Origin: a bacterium
Lineage (GTDB): Bacteria > CALINM01
Direction: 5' to 3'
Assembly: GCA_041640455.1 (NCBI GenBank)
Contig: JBEQAF010000008.1
Location: 4,220-38,926 of the forward strand
Length of the DNA stretch: 34,707 nucleotides
Shown here: positions 8,500-17,740 of the stretch, piece by piece
Position numbering within the stretch: the first letter of the stretch is position 1
How the letters are laid out: each line of letters opens with the position of its first letter
Made by a program: the position numbers and the translations under genes
The notes under the pieces: model-generated
Database searches by the model: none
What the model saw: the letters and a program-made list of their open reading frames with translations, nothing else
What the model was told of the DNA's origin: nothing

Positions 8500-11109
8500 T
8501 CATTTAACCAGATTTACCCGCCTTTTTATAAGCTTTTCAATCTCTACGGCTATAAACACAACTGAAGATAGCGCAAGGCAGAATATAAGCTCTTCAGCTG
8601 TTAACGGCTCTGTTTTAAACACCCTGTTAAGTACTGGCACATATATGGTCGCAAGCTGAAGAACAAATGTGGACATTACAGCTAAAATGAGCGGAATATT
8701 TGAAAATATCCCTATGGTAAAAAGTGAATCCTTCTCTGATCTTATGGCTAACACATGTCCCATCTGGCTCAAACAAAGGACGGTAAATATCATGGTTTGC
8801 CAGTGAGAATGCCCTGTTTTAATAGCCCATGCCTGAGAAAACAATGATACAGCACCCATCAGCAGCCCCACCCAGATAATATGATAACTTAACCCCTGAG
8901 CAAATATACTCTCTTTCGGATGTCTTGGTGGTCTTTTCATAATCTCTCTTTCTGACTTTTCATAGGCAAGTGCAAGCCCGGGTAATCCATCGGTAACCAG
9001 ATTGATCCATAAAATATGAATTGGCAGAAGCGGAATTGGAAGTCCCAGAAAGGGTGCTAAAAATATGGTCCATATCTCTCCTGAATTGCTTGTCATGGTA
9101 TATTTTATAAACTTTCTTATGTTATCAAATATTCGTCTCCCCTCTTTAATAGCTTTAACGATGGTCGCAAAGTTATCATCCAGAAGTATCATATGGGATG
9201 CCTCTTTTGACACATCAGTACCGGTTATTCCCATGGCTATTCCTATGTCAGCCCTCTTTAAGGCTGGTGCATCGTTTACACCATCTCCTGTCATGGCTAC
9301 AAACTGTCCCTTGTCCTGTAAGGCTTTTACAATCTTTAACTTCTGCTCTGGAGCAACTCTTGCATAAACCCTTATATCAAGAACTCGTCTTTCGAACTCG
9401 TTCATATCAAGCTTTTCAAGCTCTCTGCCTGTGATAACAGACTTTTCATCATATTCATCTATAATGCCGATTTTTTTCGCAATATTGTAGGCAGTAAGCG
9501 GATGATCTCCCGTAATCATTACTGGAATAATCCCTGCTTCTTTACAGACTCTAACCGCCTCTATCACCTCATCTCTTGGTGGATCCATAAGCCCTACGAG
9601 CCCAATTATGGTTAGACTATGTTCTATATTTTCAGAACCTTTGTCATCAGGCAGCGTATCAAAAAATCTCACACCATACCCTATTACTCTTAAACCATCT
9701 TTTGCCATTCTGTTTGCAACCCTGTTCAGTTCTTCTTTATCCAATGGCTTTATCTGTCCATCTATCATTACCTTTTCAGCTTTTTCAACCAGCACCTCGA
9801 TGGCGCCTTTCGTTATGGAGATATACCTATCATCCCAGCTGTGAATGGTGGTCATGCATTTCCTATCGGAATCAAAGGGAATTTCAAAAATGCGTTTATA
9901 AAGTTTTTCAAGATGCTCCTTCTCAGCACCGAGCTGAAAGGCAAAATTATAGAGGGCAACCTCAGTGGGATCACCAATAACACTCCCATCAGGCGACCTC
10001 TTTGCATCATTGCTAATTGCACAGGCTTTTATTAACAGATCTTCTATATTCTGGTTATTAAACTCCTTTAAAATCTGCCCCTTTGAATAAACCTCTTCTA
10101 CCTTCATCTTATTTAAAGTCAGTGTACCAGTTTTATCCGAACAGATATATGTTACAGAGCCTAAAGTTTCAACTGCTGGAAGCTTTCTTATCAGTGCGTT
10201 TTGCTTAACCATCTTTTTTGCGCCTAAGGCAAGAGATATGGTCACAACAGCTGGCAAAGCCTCTGGAATTGCTGCAACTGCCAGAGATATGGCGGTTAAG
10301 AGTATAACTATGGGATTTTCACCTCTTAGCAAACCAAAGACAAAAACGATAAGGCAGATTGCTATAACTGCCAGAGATAGTTTTTTTCCGAACTGAGCAA
10401 GCCTTTTCTGCAGAGGTGTTTTTACCTCCCCCTGTTCCTGAATCATGCTGGCTATTTTGCCGAGTTCGGTTTCCATACCTGTTTCTGTAATTATCCCAAT
10501 GCCCCGCCCGTATGTGACCAGTGTACCCTTGTGGGCGATATTTCTTCTATCGCCGATGGCAAGATCTTTTTCCCTCAAGGTTTTTTCGGTCTTATCAACC
10601 GGAACGGACTCGCCCGTAAGAGCTGCTTCTTCAATCTTTAACTGGTGGGCTTCAATTATTCTCATGTCGGCAGGGATGATATTCCCAGCCTCTATATGCA
10701 CTATATCGCCTGGAACCAGATAACGGGTTTCAATGGTTTTTGGCTCGCCGTCTCTTATCACAACCGTTCTGGTAGACGTCATCTTCTTCAGAGCCTCAAT
10801 AGCCTTTTCAGCTCTGAACTCCTGAATAAAACCGATTATGGCATTTAGAATCACTATTACAATTATTGCAATAGTGTCACCCAGCTCTCCAAGGATACCG
10901 GAAACTACGGAAGCAAGTAGAAGAATAACAATCATAAGATCCTTAAACTGATCAAGAAACATCTGAAAAACTGTTCTTTTCTTCTTCTCCACTATCTCAT
11001 TCAAGCCATAAATAACAAGCCTTTTTTCTGCCTCAGACTCCGACAGACCCTTTTTATCCGTACTTAAATGGGCAAAAATATCTTCAATCTCTACGTTATG
11101 CCAGACCAT
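8500..11109 (-). CDS. P-type (IIA-like) cation-transporting ATPase, Ca2+/Mn2+
   Basis: TGES, AIPEALP, DKTGTLT, MITGD, TGDGVNDAPAL, SNSGE, WINLVTD. Confidence 0.93.
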   Translation of the reverse strand: MVWHNVEIEDIFAHLSTDKKGLSESEAEKRLVIYGLNEIVEKKKRTVFQMFLDQFKDLMIVILLLASVVSGILGELGDTIAIIVIVILNAIIGFIQEFRAEKAIEALKKMTSTRTVVIRDGEPKTIETRYLVPGDIVHIEAGNIIPADMRIIEAHQLKIEEAALTGESVPVDKTEKTLREKDLAIGDRRNIAHKGTLVTYGRGIGIITETGMETELGKIASMIQEQGEVKTPLQKRLAQFGKKLSLAVIAICLIVFVFGLLRGENPIVILLTAISLAVAAIPEALPAVVTISLALGAKKMVKQNALIRKLPAVETLGSVTYICSDKTGTLTLNKMKVEEVYSKGQILKEFNNQNIEDLLIKACAISNDAKRSPDGSVIGDPTEVALYNFAFQLGAEKEHLEKLYKRIFEIPFDSDRKCMTTIHSWDDRYISITKGAIEVLVEKAEKVMIDGQIKPLDKEELNRVANRMAKDGLRVIGYGVRFFDTLPDDKGSENIEHSLTIIGLVGLMDPPRDEVIEAVRVCKEAGIIPVMITGDHPLTAYNIAKKIGIIDEYDEKSVITGRELEKLDMNEFERRVLDIRVYARVAPEQKLKIVKALQDKGQFVAMTGDGVNDAPALKRADIGIAMGITGTDVSKEASHMILLDDNFATIVKAIKEGRRIFDNIRKFIKYTMTSNSGEIWTIFLAPFLGLPIPLLPIHILWINLVTDGLPGLALAYEKSEREIMKRPPRHPKESIFAQGLSYHIIWVGLLMGAVSLFSQAWAIKTGHSHWQTMIFTVLCLSQMGHVLAIRSEKDSLFTIGIFSNIPLILAVMSTFVLQLATIYVPVLNRVFKTEPLTAEELIFCLALSSVVFIAVEIEKLIKRRVNLVK

Positions 11110-11126
11110 CAGCCCCCCAAAAATTT

Positions 11127-11744
11127 TTAGATAAGCGGAAAAAAATCTTCTTTATCTTCTTCAAAAATGAGAACATCTCCTTTGCCGATGTCAAAATAAA
11201 GCCCCTTTATTTTGAGCTCATTTTCAAGTACCATCCTCTTCAGATAGGGGTAACTTTTGAGATTGTTTATGGAGTTTATAATATTTTTATACTCAACCTT
11301 TCTGAAAAAATCTTCACTGTTTTCTATGGTTACCTGTTTAACAATCTCTTTAATATTTGAGTTTAATTCAACCCATTTTAACAGTTTAGGAGAGTTATTA
11401 AAAAAATCCCGTTCCTTAAAAAGAGCTCTAATGGCGCCGCAGTCAGAATGCCCGCAAATAAAAACTCTCCGTATGCCCAGCTTAAATATAGCAAACTCCA
11501 CCGTTGCAGAGACAGAGGCATCCCTGTCTTCATCATAGGGGTGAACAATATTTCCAGGGATTCTCAAGGTAAGCATATCTCCTGGATTGGTGTTAAAAAT
11601 AAGAGATGGGTTTATCCGTGAATCAACACAGGTAATAAAGAGGGCTTTCGGATTCTGTCCTTCCGAAAGCCCCTCAAATAGCTCTTTATTATTTTTGTAA
11701 TAACCTTCCTTAAAGCCCTTATATCCTCTTACAAGGAAATCCAT
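11127..11744 (-). CDS. Beta-class carbonic anhydrase
   Basis: GQNP, CVDSR and GHSDCGA zinc-binding motifs. Confidence 0.92.
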   Translation of the reverse strand: MDFLVRGYKGFKEGYYKNNKELFEGLSEGQNPKALFITCVDSRINPSLIFNTNPGDMLTLRIPGNIVHPYDEDRDASVSATVEFAIFKLGIRRVFICGHSDCGAIRALFKERDFFNNSPKLLKWVELNSNIKEIVKQVTIENSEDFFRKVEYKNIINSINNLKSYPYLKRMVLENELKIKGLYFDIGKGDVLIFEEDKEDFFPLI

Positions 11745-11748
11745 ATGG

Positions 11749-12237
11749 TTAGCTCTGTTCTTTTAATCTGGCAGATTTTTCAAGAAGGGTCTTTCTCGTT
11801 TCTTCTCTAAAATCTTCCAGCTTTCTGGCAATCTCCGGATATTTAATAGAGAGTATGGAACAGGCTAAGTATGCGGCGTTTTTAGCTCCATCAACAGCAA
11901 CTGTAGCCACCGGAATACCGGGAGGCATCATAACGGTTGAGTAAAGTGCATCCACACCGTTTAAGGCACCCGATGCAAGCGGTACACCTATCACAGGAAG
12001 TGTGGTATTTGCCGCCACAACACCTGCCAGATGTGCTGCCATACCTGCACCACAAATTATAACCTCAAACCCCTTTTCTCTTGCATCTTTTGCCAGTGTC
12101 ATGGTTTTTTCCGGCAGCCTGTGAGCTGAAGAGATATCCATCTCATAGGATACACCCATCTCTTTAAGTACCTCAGCTGCCTTTTTCATAACTGGCAAAT
12201 CGCTGTCGCTACCCATTAAAATCATCACTTTTGCCAT
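11749..12237 (-). CDS. purE: N5-carboxyaminoimidazole ribonucleotide mutase
   Basis: MGSDSD, SAHR, AGMAAHLAG, PVIGVP, MPPGIPVATV. Confidence 0.96.
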   Translation of the reverse strand: MAKVMILMGSDSDLPVMKKAAEVLKEMGVSYEMDISSAHRLPEKTMTLAKDAREKGFEVIICGAGMAAHLAGVVAANTTLPVIGVPLASGALNGVDALYSTVMMPPGIPVATVAVDGAKNAAYLACSILSIKYPEIARKLEDFREETRKTLLEKSARLKEQS

Positions 12238-12293
12238 TCTGCCTCCATTTTTTATATGATCTGATGGAACAGATTTTATCAGCTTTTAAACTG

Positions 12294-13145
12294 CTATCTG
12301 TAAACATTAGCCATTCTTTCTAACCTTTCCACTCTCTCGGCAATTGGCGGATGGGTACTAAAAAGTTTTACCAGTCCGCCACCTGAAAGCGGATTGACGA
12401 TAAAAAGATGAGAAGTGGCTGGATTGGCATCCATAGGTATTCTTTTTGCCGCATAGTCAAGTTTTCTTAAAGCATTTGCAAGATAAAGCGGGTTGCCACA
12501 GATCTCTGCACCTCCATCATCAGCTCCATACTCTCTTGATCTTGAAATGGCAAGCTGAATAAGCATTGCTGCAATTGGAGCTATGATAATCATAACTAAT
12601 GCAACTAACGGATTTCCTCCCTCATCATCTCTATCTCTGCCACCCCCGAAAATCATAGCCCATTGAGCCATCTGAGCAATATAGCTTATGGCACCTGCAA
12701 TCGCTGCTGCAATAGTAGCGACAAGTATATCTCTGTTTTTAATATGAGCCAGCTCATGGGCAATTACCCCTTCAAGCTCTTCTCTTGTAAGAATTCTCAT
12801 AATTCCTGTCGTAACCGCCACAACGCCATTTTCAGGATTTCTGCCAGTAGCAAAGGCGTTGGGCTGATCATTTTCAATTATATAGACTCTTGGCATGGGT
12901 AATCCAGCCTTCTGTGAGAGCCTTGCTACAATGTTATAGAGATCAGGCGCTTCTGCTTCTGAAACTGGTTTAGCACCGTACATTGCCAATACAATCTTGT
13001 CTGAAAACCAGTAGGATATAAAATTCATCCCAAATGCCATAACAAGTGCAAAGGTCATACCTGCTTTTCCACCTATAGCTCCACCTATAAAAACCAGTAG
13101 CGCTGTTAATGCTGCCATCAAAATCATTGTTCTAAAAAAGGTCAT
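12294..13145 (-). CDS. htpX: Zinc metalloprotease HtpX (M48)
   Basis: [36 protein letters not shown]. Confidence 0.95.
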   Translation of the reverse strand: MTFFRTMILMAALTALLVFIGGAIGGKAGMTFALVMAFGMNFISYWFSDKIVLAMYGAKPVSEAEAPDLYNIVARLSQKAGLPMPRVYIIENDQPNAFATGRNPENGVVAVTTGIMRILTREELEGVIAHELAHIKNRDILVATIAAAIAGAISYIAQMAQWAMIFGGGRDRDDEGGNPLVALVMIIIAPIAAMLIQLAISRSREYGADDGGAEICGNPLYLANALRKLDYAAKRIPMDANPATSHLFIVNPLSGGGLVKLFSTHPPIAERVERLERMANVYR

Positions 13146-13180
13146 AAAGCACCTCCTCTTGTTTATTTTCCTTATAAAAT

Positions 13181-13227
13181 AAAAAAACCTTTACCACAAA
13201 GCCTGCGAGCGCATTTGTGATAAAGGT
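13181..13227 (-). terminator. Intrinsic terminator forming the riboswitch expression platform
   Basis: Minus strand ACCTTTATCACAAA, loop, TTTGTGGTAAAGGT, then a U-tract; its 5' arm overlaps the aptamer 3' P1 strand. Confidence 0.8.
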
Positions 13228-13312
13228 CTTGCCTATTAGCTTCCGCTAACCGCTGATACCGGCTCATCACGAGCGTGTTGACGATATTCAGCGTCGAGCT
13301 ACTCCCCTTTAT
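13220..13312 (-). ncRNA. yybP-ykoY (Mn2+-sensing) riboswitch
   Basis: Minus strand AUAAAGG-GGAGUAGC ... CGUCAACAC ... GCCGG ... GGCAAGA-CCUUUAU fits the family pattern; P1 AUAAAGG/CCUUUAU; lies in the htpX leader. Confidence 0.88.
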
Positions 13313-13332
13313 TCTAAAATTATACATTTAAT

Positions 13333-13361
13333 AATATAGTGATTATTTATTGCGATGTCAA
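13333..13361 (-). promoter_or_regulatory. Sigma70 promoter driving riboswitch-htpX
   Basis: TTGACA (13361-13356), 17 bp, TATATT (13338-13333). Confidence 0.75.
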
Positions 13362-13388
13362 ACAAAATTGGAAAATAAACACCAGATA

Positions 13389-13447
13389 GGTATAGACATA
13401 TTAACCAGTTACTTAAAACTTTTAAGACTGGTAAACATGTTTATACC
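13389..13447. repeat. 59-nt imperfect inverted repeat (long hairpin)
   Basis: GGTATAGACAT/ATGTTTATACC, ACCAGT/ACTGGT and CTTAAA/TTTAAG form nested pairs. Confidence 0.7.
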
Positions 13448-13919
13448 ACGTTCCCTTTTTTGGAGACAAGGCAGAAAAAGAATTTTAGCGTCTTCTTTTT
13501 CTTGGTTTTTTTCTTAATTTGAAATAAAGATAAACGAAAATAATAATGCCGATTAGCTCAATCATCTTAAAACTCCAAGCTTAATTGACAAAAACAAAAA
13601 ATATTATCTAAATCCACTTATTTCATTTTTACTTCAATCTATAATTTTGGCAGCATTATCTTTTTTGGAAAAATACAAGTTAATAAGGAAATACAAATTT
13701 CCTTTTACCCAAGCTTTTTTCAATTCTTGTACCTAAAATACTTTCTTTTGTGTATAAAAATATAAAAACTTTTTAAAATCTATGCTTTCCAAGCCAACCA
13801 TATATATGCCTTATCTTATAATAACTCTAATCCCAAAGCTGAAAGAATTTTTTCTAAAAATTTTTAATAAGCCTTTTTAAAAGTTAGTGGTTGTTAGAAT
13901 TAGGTTTTGTTTTTTTACC

Positions 13920-14593
13920 TCATTAATCCCTTTATTTTGAGGTCTGATTTCCTACTATTTGCAGAGATGATGAATTTGTCTGGCAATTATGTCGCAATCC
14001 CTTTATTTTGAGGTCTGATTTCCTACATTATAATGATGTCGTTAGTAATGATGTTTCGGCGTCGCAATCCCTTTATTTTGAGGTCTGATTTCCTACCTTG
14101 ATTTGTTTCAAAAAATAATTAGTTTTTCTGTCGCAATCCCTTTATTTTGAGGTCTGATTTCCTACGAAATGGGGTTGACAATTATTGACTTACTGGAAAA
14201 GTCGCAATCCCTTTATTTTGAGGTCTGATTTCCTACAAATTATATGATTATGAGTATGAAGCCTACCTAATAGTCGCAATCCCTTTATTTTGAGGTCTGA
14301 TTTCCTACGTAAATATAAATAGCAATATAAAAAAAGTAGTAGAGTCGCAATCCCTTTATTTTGAGGTCTGATTTCCTACTCACTGCAGGCACGCACATTT
14401 TGTTTTAGAATAATGTCGCAATCCCTTTATTTTGAGGTCTGATTTCCTACTCACTGCAGGCACGCACATTTTGTTTTAGAATAATGTCGCAATCCCTTTA
14501 TTTTGAGGTCTGATTTCCTACTTAGCAGAAGGAACGAGGATTTTCTTTTTGATGTAAGTCGCAATCCCTTTATTTTGAGGTCTGATTTCCTAC
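13920..14593 (-). CRISPR. CRISPR array: 10 repeats of 36 bp, 9 spacers of 33-36 bp (8 unique)
   Basis: Repeat (minus) GTAGGAAATCAGACCTCAAAATAAAGGGATTGCGAC; plus-strand starts 13920 (degenerate trailer), 13991, 14061, 14130, 14201, 14273, 14344, 14415, 14486, 14558; orientation from the degenerate repeat and the ATTGCGAC 3' end. Confidence 0.98.
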
Positions 14594-14775
14594 GTCCCCT
14601 CTTTATTTTCTTTTTGATATCAAAAAATTGCAAACCACCTTCCCCAAAACCAATCATTACTAAAAAGCAAGTTAAATTACCTACTCAAAACATAACCTAA
14701 AATAGTAATAAATCTTTGCACCATTTTATTTTCAATGAGCAAGTGTCTTTTAAATTAATAGCACAATCTATAAAA
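14594..14775 (-). promoter_or_regulatory. CRISPR leader with IHF-consensus site
   Basis: AT-rich non-coding stretch between cas6 and the first repeat; TATCAAAAAATTG at 14618-14630 matches WATCAANNNNTTR. Confidence 0.7.
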
Positions 14776-15720
14776 TTATTCAATAACTAAATCATATTTT
14801 CCTAACCCAAATCCTGTATTTTTGCCTACATGCAGTATTTCTCCAGCTTTTAGCAGCGGTAAAAAATTCTTTATTTTACCTTCGTATTCTATCTCTCCTA
14901 TTACTCCTCCTAACTTCATCCGCGTATTTTGCCTGGAAGAGTATCTCTCCCAGTCCCACCATCTGGTATTTTGTTTTTTTATTATTATCTGTTGGGACTC
15001 TTCAAATAATCTTTTATAACATGTCAGACCATTTTCACCATCACAATGATAGTAACTTAAAAAACACATCCGCGTAATTAAAGCCTTAATCAATAGGGGA
15101 AATGTTAAAGAGCTTATGTATTTCCTTTCATGCTTGATTCTTACCGGTGTTATGATTTTTAATTTTAACGTTTTAATCTCTTCTACAGCATCTTCCTCAT
15201 AGCTATCTGGAATCTCTATTACACTATCTTTGGGTCTATTTATCTTTTTATCATCAAAATTATAAATCTCCATACCATCTGATAGAACTCTTTTAAGTTT
15301 AAACTTTCCCCTCCCCTTACCAATACCAGTTTTTCCGCATTCTTCAAAAGTATAAATAAAATATGGAAGATACGTGGTAGCTTTACCTATCAGTATCAGT
15401 GCAAAATAAATTTCCTCATCCTTTTTATACAACCTCTTTTCCTCAAGTGGCGGTTCTATTATGAAAGGCTGGGGTATTGACCTATATTTTTCTCTGTTAA
15501 AAAGCGGCATCTCTCTTGATGGAAAAGTTTCAAATATATAGCTATAAACACAGGTACTTCTTAGCAAACACTCTGTACAGTCATTTTTTTTCAAAACACA
15601 TATAAGTCTTCTAAATATGTTTCCAAACAAACCCCTGAAGGCAGAGCCTTTAAATAGGGGTAGATATATGTTTTCTTCTGCATTTATAATAAACTCTGTC
15701 TTCAAATAGTTTATTCTCAT
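14776..15720 (-). CDS. cas6: CRISPR pre-crRNA processing endoribonuclease Cas6
   Basis: GSAFRG, CxxC insert, C-terminal HVGKNTGFGLG glycine-rich loop. Confidence 0.93.
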   Translation of the reverse strand: MRINYLKTEFIINAEENIYLPLFKGSAFRGLFGNIFRRLICVLKKNDCTECLLRSTCVYSYIFETFPSREMPLFNREKYRSIPQPFIIEPPLEEKRLYKKDEEIYFALILIGKATTYLPYFIYTFEECGKTGIGKGRGKFKLKRVLSDGMEIYNFDDKKINRPKDSVIEIPDSYEEDAVEEIKTLKLKIITPVRIKHERKYISSLTFPLLIKALITRMCFLSYYHCDGENGLTCYKRLFEESQQIIIKKQNTRWWDWERYSSRQNTRMKLGGVIGEIEYEGKIKNFLPLLKAGEILHVGKNTGFGLGKYDLVIE

Positions 15721-15995
15721 TTTAAATACACCTCCAGCCCCTCAGGAATTTTACGCCCCTGACCAAAGACTAATACTTTAGGTTTAGAGGGCAAGGGATA
15801 TATCCTTATGTCATCTTCTTTCTCGTTTATAAGACTTTTTAGTTTATTTTTTAATTCTATCAGCTCATTATATTCAAAGCTATAGCAAAAAACTGAATAT
15901 TGAATGTGAATAGCAATTCCTCTTAATAAATTGTATACCTTTGATAGCCTCTTTGGGTCTTTTATATCATAACAGATTAGATATGTTTGCTTCAT
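15717..15995 (-). CDS. cas2: Cas2 (second copy)
   Basis: YLICYDIKDPKRL, QYSVF, EDDIRIYPL. Confidence 0.92.
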   Translation of the reverse strand: MKQTYLICYDIKDPKRLSKVYNLLRGIAIHIQYSVFCYSFEYNELIELKNKLKSLINEKEDDIRIYPLPSKPKVLVFGQGRKIPEGLEVYLK

Positions 15996-16003
15996 GATAA
16001 CTC

Positions 16004-16801
16004 TTATTGCAAAATTTCTAATATTTTATTTAAAACCCTATCTATTTTTTCATCTATTTGCTCTTTAATTTTTTCATAGATTATGACAAGCATCTTTACT
16101 CCCGCATCGTTCAGAATGTGCTCATTTTTCCAGAAATTTTTTTGTTTTATCTTAAAAAAATCTACTACTATCGCGTCAAGAAGTGGATCGATTATTATTG
16201 ACACATCCTTTGCTAAACCCATAGCATCTTTTGTATTTAATATTCCTATATGTGGGTCTAAGTTATAATCTATACATTTTTTTATAATCAGCTCCCTTGC
16301 CCAGCTTCTAAGTATCTTTTTCACATTAAAAAATCTGCTTCTATGGCAGTTACAATGCTTCAAAATCTCATAGTTGTATTCATCCTCTTTAATGTAATGA
16401 TCTTCATAAGCCTTTCCTAAGTTTATGGATATATGTTTTAACGCTGATACCTGATTCTGCCTCTTTTCAGTTGCCATATACAAACTAAATTTGTTTTTTA
16501 TAGTCTCATTCTTAGATGCAACTCTCTGATTTATATCATAAAAGTAACCAGAATCAAAGTAAGGCGTTATATGAACTACCACATTGGTTTTGTTTTTACA
16601 AAATGCAACAGGTATTTTCATTGAAAAAAGAGCCATAAGAATCTCATAATTTATGCTTACATCATGATTAATGTAAACATAGTCAAGTATTCTTAAGGGT
16701 ATTCTATAACCAGCTGTATTAGCTTTTTTTATCCAGAGCGAGGGACCGTCTAATATTATTTCATAATTTTTATGATCGGTTATGTATAAGGTTTTCTTCA
16801 T
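16004..16801 (-). CDS. Divergent Cas1 paralogue, predicted catalytically inactive
   Basis: N-terminus TLYI...LDGPSL...IPL parallels Cas1 TLFI...LDGNTL...PILPL; LDPHIGILN and LAKDVSII align to LDPTIGYYH and LACDFVEP; GxEG motif absent. Confidence 0.75.
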   Translation of the reverse strand: MKKTLYITDHKNYEIILDGPSLWIKKANTAGYRIPLRILDYVYINHDVSINYEILMALFSMKIPVAFCKNKTNVVVHITPYFDSGYFYDINQRVASKNETIKNKFSLYMATEKRQNQVSALKHISINLGKAYEDHYIKEDEYNYEILKHCNCHRSRFFNVKKILRSWARELIIKKCIDYNLDPHIGILNTKDAMGLAKDVSIIIDPLLDAIVVDFFKIKQKNFWKNEHILNDAGVKMLVIIYEKIKEQIDEKIDRVLNKILEILQ

Positions 16802-17732
16802 CGTTAATTACCCCAATAAAATTTCTTATAAAGTCTTTTAATTTAGGTCTTATAGCGCTCATATACTCAGCTTGAAGGGGATAAAATTTTGCTCTACCTT
16901 CTTTAGTTAGATAGCACCCCGCTTTATCACCATCTTTTGAAAAATCCTTTTCGACAATAATCTCTTCTTTAAATAATCGGTATACAAATCGATCAATAAA
17001 TACTCTAAAGGGCTCAACAAAATCACAAGCTAATGATTCTCTACCATATTCAAAACTATGATAGTAGCCAATTGTAGGATCAAGACCATTTACCTCTATC
17101 TCCCTTACCATCTCAAAATGAAGTAACGTATATCCCAGTGAAAGCATGGCATTTACTGGATCTTCTGGTGGACGTCTGGTTCTTTTATTAAAATTTAAAT
17201 GCGGTGGAAAAAGCCCGGTAAATGCATTGAAATAAACTGAAGAAGCTCCTCCCTCAACTCCTCTCAAAGAAGATATTTCAAGCTCTTTTTCAAAATTAGA
17301 CAACATCTCTTCAAGTGTTTTTCTTGTATTAATAAGAATATTTTTTAGGTCTTTTCTTACTTCTATGAGCTCTTTGATAAAATCAAGCTGAGATTCAATC
17401 TTTTGAAAAACTATCCATCTGCTAAAGCTCTGCGGAAAATCTGTCAAGGTCTTCTGATACTGCTTTACCCTCACCTGACCATTGTAATGTAGACTTCCGT
17501 GCAACATGCCCGCAAATCTCATATTTCTACCTGTAAGAAATACTACACTTATGTTTTCAGAAGCAAGTTTGTGAATCACATTGCTATCCAGGGTCACGTT
17601 TCCTACTACTATTATCCTGCTAAGTGGAAGTATAGGATAGCTATCTTCTCTCCCCTTCTGAGAATAAAAAACAAGTGTATTACCATCAAGTTTTATGTGT
17701 ATATCTTTTCTATCAATAAATAATGTACCCAT
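16770..17732 (-). CDS. cas1: Cas1 integrase
   Basis: LRGVEG, YF, RRPPEDPVNAMLSLGY, DPTIGYYH, LACDFVEPFR; catalytic E/H/D-E intact; no RT fusion. Confidence 0.96.
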   Translation of the reverse strand: MGTLFIDRKDIHIKLDGNTLVFYSQKGREDSYPILPLSRIIVVGNVTLDSNVIHKLASENISVVFLTGRNMRFAGMLHGSLHYNGQVRVKQYQKTLTDFPQSFSRWIVFQKIESQLDFIKELIEVRKDLKNILINTRKTLEEMLSNFEKELEISSLRGVEGGASSVYFNAFTGLFPPHLNFNKRTRRPPEDPVNAMLSLGYTLLHFEMVREIEVNGLDPTIGYYHSFEYGRESLACDFVEPFRVFIDRFVYRLFKEEIIVEKDFSKDGDKAGCYLTKEGRAKFYPLQAEYMSAIRPKLKDFIRNFIGVINDEENLIHNRS

Positions 17733-17740
17733 ATTACCCC

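Noticed and set aside
9065..10848. Several + strand ORFs inside the P-type ATPase, and similar short nested ORFs within tolC, emrA/B, pfkA, cas and cytochrome genes
   Set aside because: Fully nested in well-supported genes with no recognisable motifs; expected shadow ORFs
12261..12282. Stem-loop between htpX and purE as a terminator
   Set aside because: Weak pairing on the transcribed strand and no following U-tract
13600..13860. Possible decayed gene in the trailer region (minus-strand LEKILSALGLELL resembles an XRE antitoxin tail)
   Set aside because: Fragments are short and broken by stops; cannot be told from AT-rich noise without a search
14522..14557. Leader-proximal spacer resembles csm3 sequence GAAGGAACAAGATTT (self-targeting?)
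   Set aside because: Only a short gapped match, too little for targeting; no full spacer match seen in the window by eye
14451..14700. Track ORFs 14451..14657 (-) and 14503..14700 (+)
   Set aside because: They are translations of CRISPR repeats, spacers and leader
16770..17732. RT-Cas1 fusion or cas4
   Set aside because: Cas1 is 320 aa with no YxDD RT domain, and no Cas4-like ORF is present
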